A stretch of DNA of 57,759 nucleotides, the filler included, from Diploschistes diacapsis (Eukaryota): assembly GCA_023645945.1 (NCBI GenBank). It is 4 parts of 4 records of this genome, joined end to end, with 100 filler letters (N's around TTAATTAATTAA, not from the genome) between each part and the next. Parts side by side here need not be neighbours in the genome. Positions count along the whole stretch, not along the records: positions 31,925 to 40,470 come from JALAIB010001133.1; positions 40,571 to 49,115 come from JALAIB010001134.1; 2 more parts are not named here. One strand, given 5' to 3'. The notes under the pieces were generated by a model. That model made no database searches. It was not told the DNA's origin and worked only from the letters and a program-made list of their open reading frames with translations. This document shows positions 35,003-44,814 of this stretch, one piece after another; positions within the stretch are counted from its first letter, which is position 1; each line of letters starts with the position of its first letter. Both the position numbers and the translations under genes were made by a program.

Positions 35003-36637
35003 TCATCCAACGAACCTGCGAGAGATGCGACGGGCTGGCTCTGTCGTATTTGGACTCAACGACTCTGTCGAGTTCGCAAAGTCCGGGCGATGCTTCAGGA
35101 CCCCATCAAAGTACTCACGAAGCCTGCTGCAAATACCCGGCAGCTTCTCTGCAAAGTCTTTGAACTTGTCCTCCAGCTCACACCCTACCCATATGGCCTC
35201 CTCCCACATTTGGCTCTCGACTCCAGGTATCTCGGCGACATTCTCCTCCGGTACCTGGTACGCTGGAGCATCCTCCATAAAAATATCCTTCGTGAGCATG
35301 TACGGCGCAACCGTGTCCAGCACATTCTTAGGGTTCCACTTGGGTGTGTTGGCGTGGAGGAAGAAGGGACGGGCCTTCTCCACCACCTTCCCATGCTTGG
35401 TCCTTTCGTAGTCTTCCAGAGGATCGTACTGGATCATCGCAAAGACGTAGTGTTTTGGTGGGGTGGTCTTGGCGTGCCCGACGGTCTTCACGGCCTCACC
35501 TACTGCGTAGAGAGGTAGGCCGAGCGCGGTAGCTGCTGGATGGAAAGTCTCCTTGTCGCCGATGCCGTTGCCTCCTTGGCACAAAAGGTCATAATAGAGA
35601 TCCGGACCGTGGTAGTTGTAGTAGGAAGAGAGAACAAGCGTCTGGTGGTGCCTTTTCTTCGACACCATGATCTGGCCAGATTCCATTGAGGCGCGTTCGG
35701 AGATCCTGGGAGGTGGTTGATTTGAAATGAGGTAGTATATCGGGGATGTAGAGATAGCCCAGATATCGGGCCAGGTAATCATTCCAGTCTCCTTAAATGG
35801 CGCCGAATCAAACAATGGATCCGGGTTTTGGAGTGGGAAGGAATCCGAGTCCAGGAACAAAACCTCTTCGAATGATGAGAAGAGTATGGAGAAGATCTTG
35901 TATTGAAACTTCACGATGCCTTTGGCCGGCTTGTGAGTTCCATCGCCAGAATTAAAGACGCTGGTCAACGTTATACATTTCGCATTGTACTGCGGAAGTA
36001 TTTCTTCGCACATCTCTGGCTCATAGTCATCTTCGGTTGGCAGAAAGACTTCGATAGGAAGGTTTGTTCCCGTACGCCGGAGCATGCGCAAAGAGACAAA
36101 GAAGATGGGAAAGTGATAACCTCCAGCAACAGTAACGATACCTCGCTTAGGGGCTTTCTGCGTTGGGAAATATGACGGTAATTTTTGGCTCATGTTAGCA
36201 ACGAATTTGGTATGCAGGTCTCGCATCTTTAAGACGTCGGTCGACGGCATTGACAAGCCATCCTCAAAAGGTTTGTCGACTTCTATCTGATCGAAATAGG
36301 GGCTACCGACGTCGTAGTTTTTTGATGGCTTGTTCGCATTAGGCGCATTGTCGTCTAGCATTGGTTGCAGGAGCGTCCACAGGTGGTTCGGAGCTGCTGG
36401 CCATGGCAAGCCCATGGCGCTCTGAAGTTCGCTACCATTAGATTTCGCTTTAACAATCGATAACTTGGAAGGATGTATGTCATCGAGAAAGTGGCCAAAA
36501 TAGAGCCATGTGGCCAGAGCAAAGGTTATCACACCGAGGACCAGCCATTTCAAACGAGCGTGCCGTACAATGGGCTCTAGTATCATGTTGAAATACGTGC
36601 TCGAGACATTGAAGTAAATAGTCAGATACCTAAACAT
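35003..36637 (-). CDS. MNN2: Alpha-1,2-mannosyltransferase, GT71 (Mnn2/Mnn5 family), type II membrane protein
   Basis: N-terminal TM helix, RGIVTVAGG, SLRMLRRTGTNLPIEVF, FQYKIFSILFSSFEEVLFLDSD (DxD), WPDIW, ESGQ, YYNYHGP, GDKETF and FLHAN. An alternative ATG lies at 36586. Confidence 0.92.
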   Translation of the reverse strand: MFRYLTIYFNVSSTYFNMILEPIVRHARLKWLVLGVITFALATWLYFGHFLDDIHPSKLSIVKAKSNGSELQSAMGLPWPAAPNHLWTLLQPMLDDNAPNANKPSKNYDVGSPYFDQIEVDKPFEDGLSMPSTDVLKMRDLHTKFVANMSQKLPSYFPTQKAPKRGIVTVAGGYHFPIFFVSLRMLRRTGTNLPIEVFLPTEDDYEPEMCEEILPQYNAKCITLTSVFNSGDGTHKPAKGIVKFQYKIFSILFSSFEEVLFLDSDSFPLQNPDPLFDSAPFKETGMITWPDIWAISTSPIYYLISNQPPPRISERASMESGQIMVSKKRHHQTLVLSSYYNYHGPDLYYDLLCQGGNGIGDKETFHPAATALGLPLYAVGEAVKTVGHAKTTPPKHYVFAMIQYDPLEDYERTKHGKVVEKARPFFLHANTPKWNPKNVLDTVAPYMLTKDIFMEDAPAYQVPEENVAEIPGVESQMWEEAIWVGCELEDKFKDFAEKLPGICSRLREYFDGVLKHRPDFANSTESLSPNTTEPARRISRRFVG

Positions 36638-37424
36638 TTAAGAAGCGAAACAGCATTATGAAGCCATGCTAGAAGAGTTGTATGTACAAGAAGAGGAAGA
36701 GAAAGAGGGAGAGAAAAGAGGGAGAGGAAGAGGAAATTCAAAAAACGAACGAAACAATTTGTCAAATTCATGAGGCGTAGCTGATGCGCATTACAGGGGC
36801 TGAGGCAGGAATGAATCGCCAGGTGGGCTATGATTAGATCATCAGTGATGCCTCATAGGGCTGATATTCCACGCCGCTGTATCGTTCCAAAGGGTCAAAC
36901 GTTTAACGTTTAACCGTTGGCATCGGGTACCGTTCGCCGACTACGGGAAGAGGGAGTTCGTGAGTGGGGAGAAGGGGACATTGATGCAAAGTGACTCATG
37001 GGCACTCATAGCCTGTCACAATTGACGGAGCATGAGCTGTTGTAAAAACCACTTAGGAGTAGAACATGATAAAGAGGGCCTCTAGAACTATTGCAAATAC
37101 CAACTTTGGGGCTATACTGCCAACGCATACTCTAGAATATTGGTTGTACTTTCTCTGCACAATTCCAAAAAGTGAAGCTATGGCCAAGGCAAGTGGTTCT
37201 GCTCCTTAAACGCCTTCTGAAAAAAGAGATGGATACACATGATTAGACTCCGTTCCCTTGGCCGATAAGGGCAGTGTATAGCCCTGAGCATGAGCCGACA
37301 AACCCCTACCAAGAGCTGACATCGTCTGACAATCTTCTCCTTCCATCGCTCCCTTCCTCAGCACCCGAATCGTTTGCATGGCGCCCGAAGAAGGACATAA
37401 GATGGCTGACAAGTCATGCAATAG

Positions 37425-38129
37425 TTACTGTTTGAGCTTGAGCATCTCCCTCCACGCCGCCGTCTCCGCCTCTTGCCGCGCCAGTCGTAGCTTGAGGTCA
37501 TCTCGCTCACGATTCGCAGCATCGAGTGCATCCTCGAGCTCTTTGATGCGGTCGAGTCGCTTCTGTCGGTACTTGCGTGCCGCTACTGTATTGCGCTGCC
37601 GTTTGAGCGCTGCGTCAGATGATCTGACACCACGCTGCTGGCCATAAGCCGGTGTGGCTGGAGCGTCCACTATGTCGGAGCTGTCGGAGGAAAACGTGGA
37701 GTGAGTGGGTGCCCCTGTTTCTGTTGTGTCGTTGTGGTTGGGCGTATCCGAGGCGAAGTGTGGGAAGTCTAACATCGGTTGGGAAGTCTGAGGCGCGACC
37801 TGCGCCTGGGATGAGTGCATGCTGTCAAGCAATTCGTGCTCTGCTGATATGGTATTCGCGATTGGAAAATTAAGGTGCATCCAAGAGTTGTCGGATGGCC
37901 AGATGGCCGGCGACTGGGTAGGGTCCGTGAAGAAGTACTCGAAATCAAGCGCTGAAGACGACAGGTTCGGGAGAAGTGGTAGCGCGACGGTGCTTTCGGG
38001 ACCGTCTACCGTCCAATTGTAGTCAACCGGGGTTGATTGAAGAGTAGAATTGCTGCGGCTGGAAGGACATGTCGGCGACCTGAATGGCGGGTGCTCCTGT
38101 GGATGAGGTTCCGGTGGGCATGATTGCAG
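37425..38129 (-). CDS. jlbA: bZIP transcription factor of the JlbA/IDI-4 (Gcn4/CpcA-related) group; start uncertain (first in-frame ATG 37880, candidate CUG 38129)
   Basis: C-terminal KRQRNTVAARKYRQKRLDRIKELEDALDAANRERDDLKLRLARQEAETAAWREML, preceded by a PEST-like region. The frame is open from 38183. Confidence 0.8.
   Translation of the reverse strand: MQSCPPEPHPQEHPPFRSPTCPSSRSNSTLQSTPVDYNWTVDGPESTVALPLLPNLSSSALDFEYFFTDPTQSPAIWPSDNSWMHLNFPIANTISAEHELLDSMHSSQAQVAPQTSQPMLDFPHFASDTPNHNDTTETGAPTHSTFSSDSSDIVDAPATPAYGQQRGVRSSDAALKRQRNTVAARKYRQKRLDRIKELEDALDAANRERDDLKLRLARQEAETAAWREMLKLKQ
38023..38121 (-). promoter_or_regulatory. Out-of-frame uORF (32 aa, second AUG at 38070) overlapping the bZIP N-terminal extension
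   Basis: ATG 38121 gives MPTGTSSTGAPAIQVADMSFQPQQFYSSINPG, ending at TGA 38023-38025. Confidence 0.6.
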
Positions 38130-38331
38130 AGTTGTCTCGGCCTCAACCTCGAGGCCGCTTAAGGTATCTTGACAAGTTGAGATTTAGATTTCCAAACACT
38201 CCAAAAAGGTGGGTGGGAGTTGTTTGGGTGTTAGAAGTTGTTGTCTGAAAGCAAAATGGGGAATTTATGGTGTTTTCCCTGGCTTGGCAGTGCCTTTCTC
38301 GGCTGAGCGGAATTGGGTTAGCGTTCCGATG

Positions 38332-38349
38332 TGATTCAGTATGACTCAT
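38332..38349. promoter_or_regulatory. Tandem Gcn4/CpcA/AP-1-type sites (TGATTCA and perfect ATGACTCAT) upstream of the bZIP gene
   Basis: gTGATTCAgtATGACTCATa read directly. ATGACTCAT is the optimal Gcn4 site. Confidence 0.7.
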
Positions 38350-38699
38350 AGTGAGTCCATCAGGCATAATGCACCTTTTGCGGTCTCAAGAACAGTGATC
38401 GAAGATCCATAACCATTCTAGCCAGGGTTTTCCCGTCAATTGGGGATGGTCAAGCTACCGGGTGGCGGCCAATTGAAGCGCCGAAGATGAAGGTTCCAAA
38501 TCGAGCATACGGAAGATATGCGGGGAGGATGCATTTAGATTGCATGGCGGACGATGCAATAGTTCGATGCCAAATTAAGTGCTTGAGGAATGTGAGAGAT
38601 GCAGCGAGGAACAATGGCTTGCCTAGACGGGGCTGCAATAGAGCCGTACTCTGGGAAATCTGTAAGTGCTTTAGATCCTAACAGCATCGCCCTGAATAG

Positions 38700-40070
38700 G
38701 ATCCGCATGCTCAAAGAACTTTGGCCAGTTGCTGGCCGCAAGGGTGTTTAATGGCTTCTTCCCGGTCGCCTGCTCGCTCGGCGCATCCGTCGTTGTCGAC
38801 GTGTTTTTCCTGCATCAGCGCGCGCCGCGCGATGGGAGTCTTCACGGTGCTGACAGTGAATGGGAGCCATATCGTGCCGGTGGGCCGCTTCGGTCAGTTC
38901 CTTGGTTGGCGGTGGTGCTTCAAGTGTGTGGCGATATGTAACGGAATCATGCTGCTGGTACTGTTTTTTGCGTTTCCAGAGACACTGTTCGTGCCAGCGT
39001 CTCGCACAGGACTGACCGCACAGGACCATCCAAGCGAAGATCAAGGTAATGGTATTGGTAGGCTTTCGTTCCGCCGATACGTAAAGCAGTTGAAGCTCTT
39101 ATCCTAAAATCCATCCATCTATCTACGCTGGGACTAATTCGTCCTCCCGTCCCTGAAAATGGCCAAGTACCCCAGCGTCCTCTTCCCAGCGTTATACTTT
39201 AGCACACAGTACGACTTTGCATCTATTTTCCTCGCAGTGACCGTCGCACCAATCTTCTCTGACAGGTACTCCTGGAACACCCTAGAAATAGGCGTAGGCT
39301 ATGGTGCTGCCCTGACAATAGGCGGATCGCTCAGTGAATTGGCGGCTGGCATGGTCCTCGACGCGATAGTCAAACGAAAGACTGGGAAGGGTAACGTCGA
39401 GGCTTCGCCACCAGAGGTGCGATTGAAGGCCTTCTGGATGGGAGAGGTCTTGGTTCCCACTGGGTTGTTGATATATGGGTTTACGATACAGTTATAGGAC
39501 CCAATGGATGGGTCCGCTGATTGAGATGAGGTGTGTTGTGTTTGTCACTTTCTGTTAAGTGGTTTGTTTCTGTTTACTTTCCGGTGATCCAAGTGGTCCA
39601 TTATGGATTTCTTGAAGGTGTCGTTTGCTTTGATATTTCAGGAGGCCTCCAGCCTTTCAGTGTGCACTTTCACAAGAACTCACCCCAAAGATCCCAGACA
39701 ATCTTCAAGGCCTCTCTTATCTCAACTCTTTTTCCCCTTGCTACGACCAGCTTCAGCACCGTTCCTTGACCCTTTTGACATCTTCTACCTCCCCTCTCCC
39801 CAATCCAACCCATATGCCCTCCTCGCCACAGCAATCGCCGCCTTCGCCATCCAACCCATCGCCACGACCAGCTACACCTCAGCATCGACTGCTACCGGCC
39901 GCAGAGCAACGAAGTCCCGCAGCTCACCAACTTCATCCGGTAAGAACTCGGCATGACGTTCGCCTTCTACGCCGTCGCGCTTTGCAACCGCATCGGGCAC
40001 CATGTTACGTTCGTGATCTTCACTGGTGCAGGGGAGCGTGCTTGCTTTTGCGCCGAATATGGGGCTGATG
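38700..40070 (+). pseudogene. MFS transporter (DHA1-like) pseudogene
   Basis: MFS fragments LLAARVFNGF..GASVVVDVFFLHQR / RAMGVF / LGWRWCF..FPETLF / PPEVRL..LVPTGLLIYGFT / IDCYRPQS..NFIR. They are interrupted by frameshifts (about 38825 and 39880) and by stops at 39105, 39135, 39495 and 39941. Confidence 0.85.
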
Positions 40071-40470
40071 TGGAAAGGGAGGGAGTGGTGGTAGAGGGAG
40101 AGGGGGAGGGAGAGGGGGAGCGATATGGCTGCAACGGAGGCTGGGGTTGGGAAGAAAATGACTGAGATGGACGGGGCTTTGTAGATAGCTATATCATAGC
40201 AAAAGCTAGGGGATGAAAGTGTCTGTCGACAGACTCTATGGTAGGGTCCAATTAACGAATGCCATATGCTAATCGCTTTCATCTGATTCCGCCCGGGTAG
40301 TTCTTGCATCCCGCCTTTTGAGCGTCCCTATCAAAGCATGATATTTCTGCTCTTTCCAGCAGAAAAACACATAAGCGTGCACATCATAGCCCGCGTAAGT
40401 TCATCGTCCGTAGGAATACTAGCCGTTATCACCAACAGCCCCTTCATCACCAAAGCCCCCCCCCCGCCGC

Positions 40471-40570
40471 NNNNNNNNNNNNNNNNNNNNNNNNNNNNNN
40501 NNNNNNNNNNNNNNTTAATTAATTAANNNNNNNNNNNNNNNNNNNNNNNNNNNNNNNNNNNNNNNNNNNN
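40471..40570. other. Assembly spacer N44-TTAATTAATTAA-N44
   Basis: Same artificial linker. Confidence 0.98.
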
Positions 40571-40665
40571 TTCCCACGGCCCACGATATACCACCCGCCC
40601 CAGCCATCTTACCTTACCTTACCTTCCCCTACCATCCCCTCCCACCGCAAACTCACTCAAGAACC

Positions 40666-41894
40666 ATGGCGGACACCCAGCACGCCGATCCCGCTCCTTC
40701 CACGACGGCGCAGATGCGAGTGGAAGCGGCACTGCCGCGGGTGGTTATTACCTTCTGCACGCAGTGCCGGTGGATGCTGAGGGCGGCCTATGTACGTGAT
40801 GCGTCCCCCGTCTTGCGTCTGGCGTTGGGCTACGTTCCCCCCCGTTTTCCCCCGGTTTTTTTTGGTCTTGGGGGTTCTGTTCGAGGAGGCTTTGAGGGGA
40901 CCGGGTGTGGGACAAAGCGGAGTAGGGAAGGAGCCCCGGGTATTTATGGAAAGTGTCGGGGGGCGGGGGTTTTATTTTTTAATTTTTTTTTTGTAGAACG
41001 AAACGGGGGCGGTCTGTGCACCCATTTTTGCCTTTTCCCCGTTCCATCGCCCGAATCCGCTCGCTACCCCGCCGACTGACTGCGCCCCGCGGCGCACCGC
41101 AGTACGCCCAAGAGCTCCTCTCCACCTTCGCCCTCGCTCTCGGCGAGGTCTCTCTCCGGCCCGCGACGGGGGGTGTCTTTGCCGTCGAACTCGTGCGTGC
41201 CGGCACGCCTTCGTCGGATCCTGCCTCGGCCCAAGCACGGGCCTCGAACCAGGACTCGGCTTCCGAGCCGGCTTCAGACGGGGGCGTCGAGAAGGTGCTG
41301 ATCTGGGACCGGAAGAGGGATGGCGGGTTTCCGGGTAAGGCCATCTTTTTCTTTTTTTTTCTCTCTTCTTTCGTGTTGTGTGCTTTTTTGTCGGTTGGTT
41401 GCGTGGATGCTAGGTTTTTTGGGGGGGGAAGGAAGGGGTGCCCCTTGTGCACCAAAAGAAACAAGCGATGGGGGGCGGTAGCCGAGGACCGGAAAGGGAA
41501 AAGGAAAAGGAGGGAAACGGGGGAAGACCTTGAATTCGACCTCGCCCGTGAAGAGCTCTCTCCTTGTTTTTTTCGCGAGAAAGATGCACTTCCCGCTGAC
41601 CAACCACAAACAACAGAAACCAAAACCCTCAAGAAGCTCGTCCGCGATATCATCGCGCCGGGCCGGGATCTGGGGCACGTGGATCGCGTGCATGGATCCT
41701 CGGCCGGAGGCGCGGCTGCGGCTGTAGGCCAAGAGCCGGCGACGGCGACGGCGGCAGCAACGGATGCAGAAACGGGGGCAGGGACAGGGACGGACACGAC
41801 GACGGACAAAGAGCTGGACAACAGGCCAGAACCGACGCCGACGACAGGGGGAGGGAAGAAGGTGGATGGCGAGAAGTGCGAGGAGTGTGCTTGA
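40666..41894 (+). CDS. Rdx-family (SelW/SelT/SelH-like) thioredoxin-fold protein, Cys form; 3 exons
   Basis: PRVVITFCTQCRWMLRAAY|YAQELLSTF..LGEVSLRPATGGVF...IWDRKRDGGFP|ETKTLKKLVRDIIAPGRDLGHVD. It has a CxxC motif and a C-terminal CEEC. Confidence 0.92.
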
Positions 41895-43171
41895 GCGATC
41901 CTTCTGTTCCTGGCTGGGGGGTTGGCAGCAGACGATCGCAATGGATGTGAGGGCGAGGGGCGGGTAGGAATAGGATGGAGAGGAGGAAGAGGAAATCAAG
42001 AGCAAAAGGAAAAGGAAAAGGAAAAAGGGAAGGGAGTGAATGCTCGCTAACAAACGACGCAAGAATCAAGACATGGCAACATAAATATTGGCCTCTAGTG
42101 GATAGCATCCGGCCTGGCGAAAAATGGGGGCTTGTAGGAACATGCACTGGAAAAAAAATATGTTCGGATGGTTGTTCACGAGATGGACAAGGAGTGCTAA
42201 GCTAGGAAAATCACGGATAAAACAGCTTCAGCGAGGACTCCACACAAACAGGATGGGACAGCGCAACGAAAAGGGGTTCTCGGAGGATGGCCGAGGTCTC
42301 TGTTTATTCAGCAAGTGGGTCGATGTTCTGCAGGATGGTCACGATAGACACGAGTGCTTAGTTTTTGGCGGGAATCCACAGATAGAGCATGGAGACGGCA
42401 AGTATCTATTGAAGGGGCTCGCGTCCCAAGCTTCCGGTCGAGGTGTGAAGATTGTTGTGCAAGACGCAGCAAAGGCAAGCAACCACACGGTATGGGCACA
42501 AAACAACGAGAACACGGTAGACTAAATTACTGAGGCAAAGCTCTGGATTGAATCCTGCAGCTAAGCTCCATCAAAGCAAGAGAGTAGCCGCAAGCAAAAA
42601 GAGCTCAAGGTGCTGGAGTCAGCAAGATGCACACCTTGGACTTGGACATGCAAGCTCTGGCCTCAATTTTTCCCCCTTCGTTGATGTCTTTTTGATTATT
42701 ACATATAGAGATTTGCGTCCGCTGTCATGCCCGCTGCCCCAAAGAACAAACGAAATGCGCAAAAACCACAAGCCGCTCCACCGGGTTCTTTTTTCAAGAA
42801 ATGCCCACTCGATGTTGAGAACCTCTCATCTTCCAACGGGGTCGAGACTCTTGCCGTGGCTTCGATATGCATTGTCATGCTTGTAGCAGACCGCCGTTTT
42901 CCAGATTCGTGTATGCCAAGTCAAATCCAGGAATACGCTTCGCCAGCCGTGGCCACCAAGGTGATAATTCAGAGAGAGAAGAAAGAATCGTAGGTTGTGG
43001 CCTTCCTTTTACTGGTCTGACGACTAGTGTGAAAGGCTTCAACGAGGCAAGTTGATGTGGAAGTCGTTGCGTCTGATGGCTGTGCGCGGATACCCGAGGA
43101 GGAACACGATAAACAAACCCAATAACAACGCCGTGCTGATGGATCCGAAGAAAAGGGTATCTCGCCCGCTT

Positions 43172-43569
43172 TTACATGCAACTGCAGCATTGGTTTTTCT
43201 GGGGTGGCGAGTAAGGATCTTCACGCCGCTCGACCTGAAGAGGCAGCTTAGCAAGAAGCCGACGTCCGAGAGGGATCAAACTCACGGGTCCCCATAGGGA
43301 TGGCACCATGAAATCTTTGGTGCTATTGCAGTATGTGATGAGACTGTAGGAGACTGGTTAGCAGTGGGTCGCAACACAGATTGAGCACGCGCGCGAAAGG
43401 GTGGCAGGTGGCCGACGTACCTCATCGACGCTTCTGAAACTCGGATGCGGGGACGGTCGAGGTCCTCGCGCAGTCGCAGGTTGAGCTCGTTCAGGCGACG
43501 GAGCTTGAGGTCGGCCATCGACTGTTTTTTGTTTCTGACATCGCCGGCTCGAAGCTCGTAGCCGCCCAT
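43172..43569 (-). CDS. gpgA: Heterotrimeric G-protein gamma subunit; 3 exons
   Basis: [76 protein letters not shown], ending in a CC/CaaX lipidation motif. Confidence 0.96.
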
Positions 43570-43758
43570 TTGGACGGTGGTTGTGGCCTAGATGGTTGGG
43601 AGTTGGTGTGACGAACGCGACCGTTGTAGCGGGTGAGAGGCGGTTTGTCTCCCCGGCTGACAGGAGATGAGCGTTGAGTGATGGAGAATGTCTTGTAGAA
43701 CGCGCAAGTTGAGATGAATGCGAGAGAATCGATGTGAATGAGGCTGATAAATCAATCA

Positions 43759-43812
43759 GGTAAGGTAAAGGTAAAGGTAAAGGTAAGGTAAGGTTTGGTA
43801 AGGTCAGGTAGG
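43759..43812. repeat. (GGTAA[A])n short tandem repeat upstream of gpgA
   Basis: ggtaaggtaaaggtaaaggtaaaggtaaggtaaggtttggtaaggtcaggtagg. Confidence 0.75.
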
Positions 43813-44814
43813 TTGATGTGGTGTGTGGTGATGGCGGTAACCCTTTTCTTGCGGTCTTCGGGGTGTAGGATAGAGTACTAGGTAGGGGGAAAGATAGCAA
43901 GTTAGTACTATCGGGGGGGTCTGGGAAGGTGGTGCGTGTCCTTGGGTTTTGCCCGGGCAGGCCGCGGAATTTCTGATTCGCCGGTATTAATCTCGCCGAC
44001 CCCAGATAAGCATCAGGTGACTGCAAGAGGAGTCCAATCACCTTGCACAGGAGGTAAAGACTAGTAAAGACGCTTGTTCCTTTGGACAGTAGAACTACAA
44101 AGTAAACCCTTACTTCGTAGGAGGTAGAGTTTGACCGTGCGCTGAGAAAATCAAGGGATGGCGCAAGAAGACTTAATTAAAGCTAGAGGAAACCCCTATG
44201 GGCGGTGAACTGCAGCCTGCTGTGCAGTGTGTAGGAAGAAAGGCTGAACTCTACTCTGACTGACTTCACTATGGCCGAGGAACACTTGAAGGTGCCCGGC
44301 TGCGGTGTGCTCGTCTTTACTGCGGGCTCCAGCCGGGGCTTAGCTATTAGACCATTCGCCTGTAAGCATACTTTCATTGGCTTGTTATATGATTCACGCT
44401 ATGGAATGTATGTGCGCTAGGGGTTTTTGCTAGCAGCTGGTATGGCTAGGCGTACTAGTAATTTACCGGACGTAAAAAAAACTAACGAGATTCAGCAGTG
44501 CCTCAACTCCGGTAAATCCGCAGTCGGCAAAAGCAGCCCGGTGCTAGCCCTGACGCAGCCTAGCCCTAATTGTACAACTCGGCGCACAGCACCAAATCTT
44601 TTACGGAGCACCGTTTGGTCATAGTCCTGACAATCTCTTACTTGACCGACGCCCATCAAACGAGCGTTTTGCACAACTTGCAAGTGAAGCCTGTCCAGTG
44701 CAGAAGACAGAGCAGGCGAAGCAGAACAAGCCATCTTCGCATCGCCAGACCTGGAACAAGGACGGCCTACTGAACCTCTCATAATCGCGTCCAGTTAGAA
44801 GGGCGGCAGCAACC

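Noticed and set aside
25916..38129. ATG10 plus the IDI-4-like factor as an autophagy cluster
   Set aside because: They are on different contigs, separated by an artificial spacer and unrelated genes.
38143..38367. 74-aa ORF as the first exon of the bZIP gene
   Set aside because: It is in a different frame with no convincing GT donor to join it. It also overlaps the ATGACTCAT promoter site, so it probably starts upstream of the transcript.
40666..40790. Possible selenoprotein (Rdx family)
   Set aside because: The CxxC motif is encoded by TGC codons and there is no in-frame UGA.
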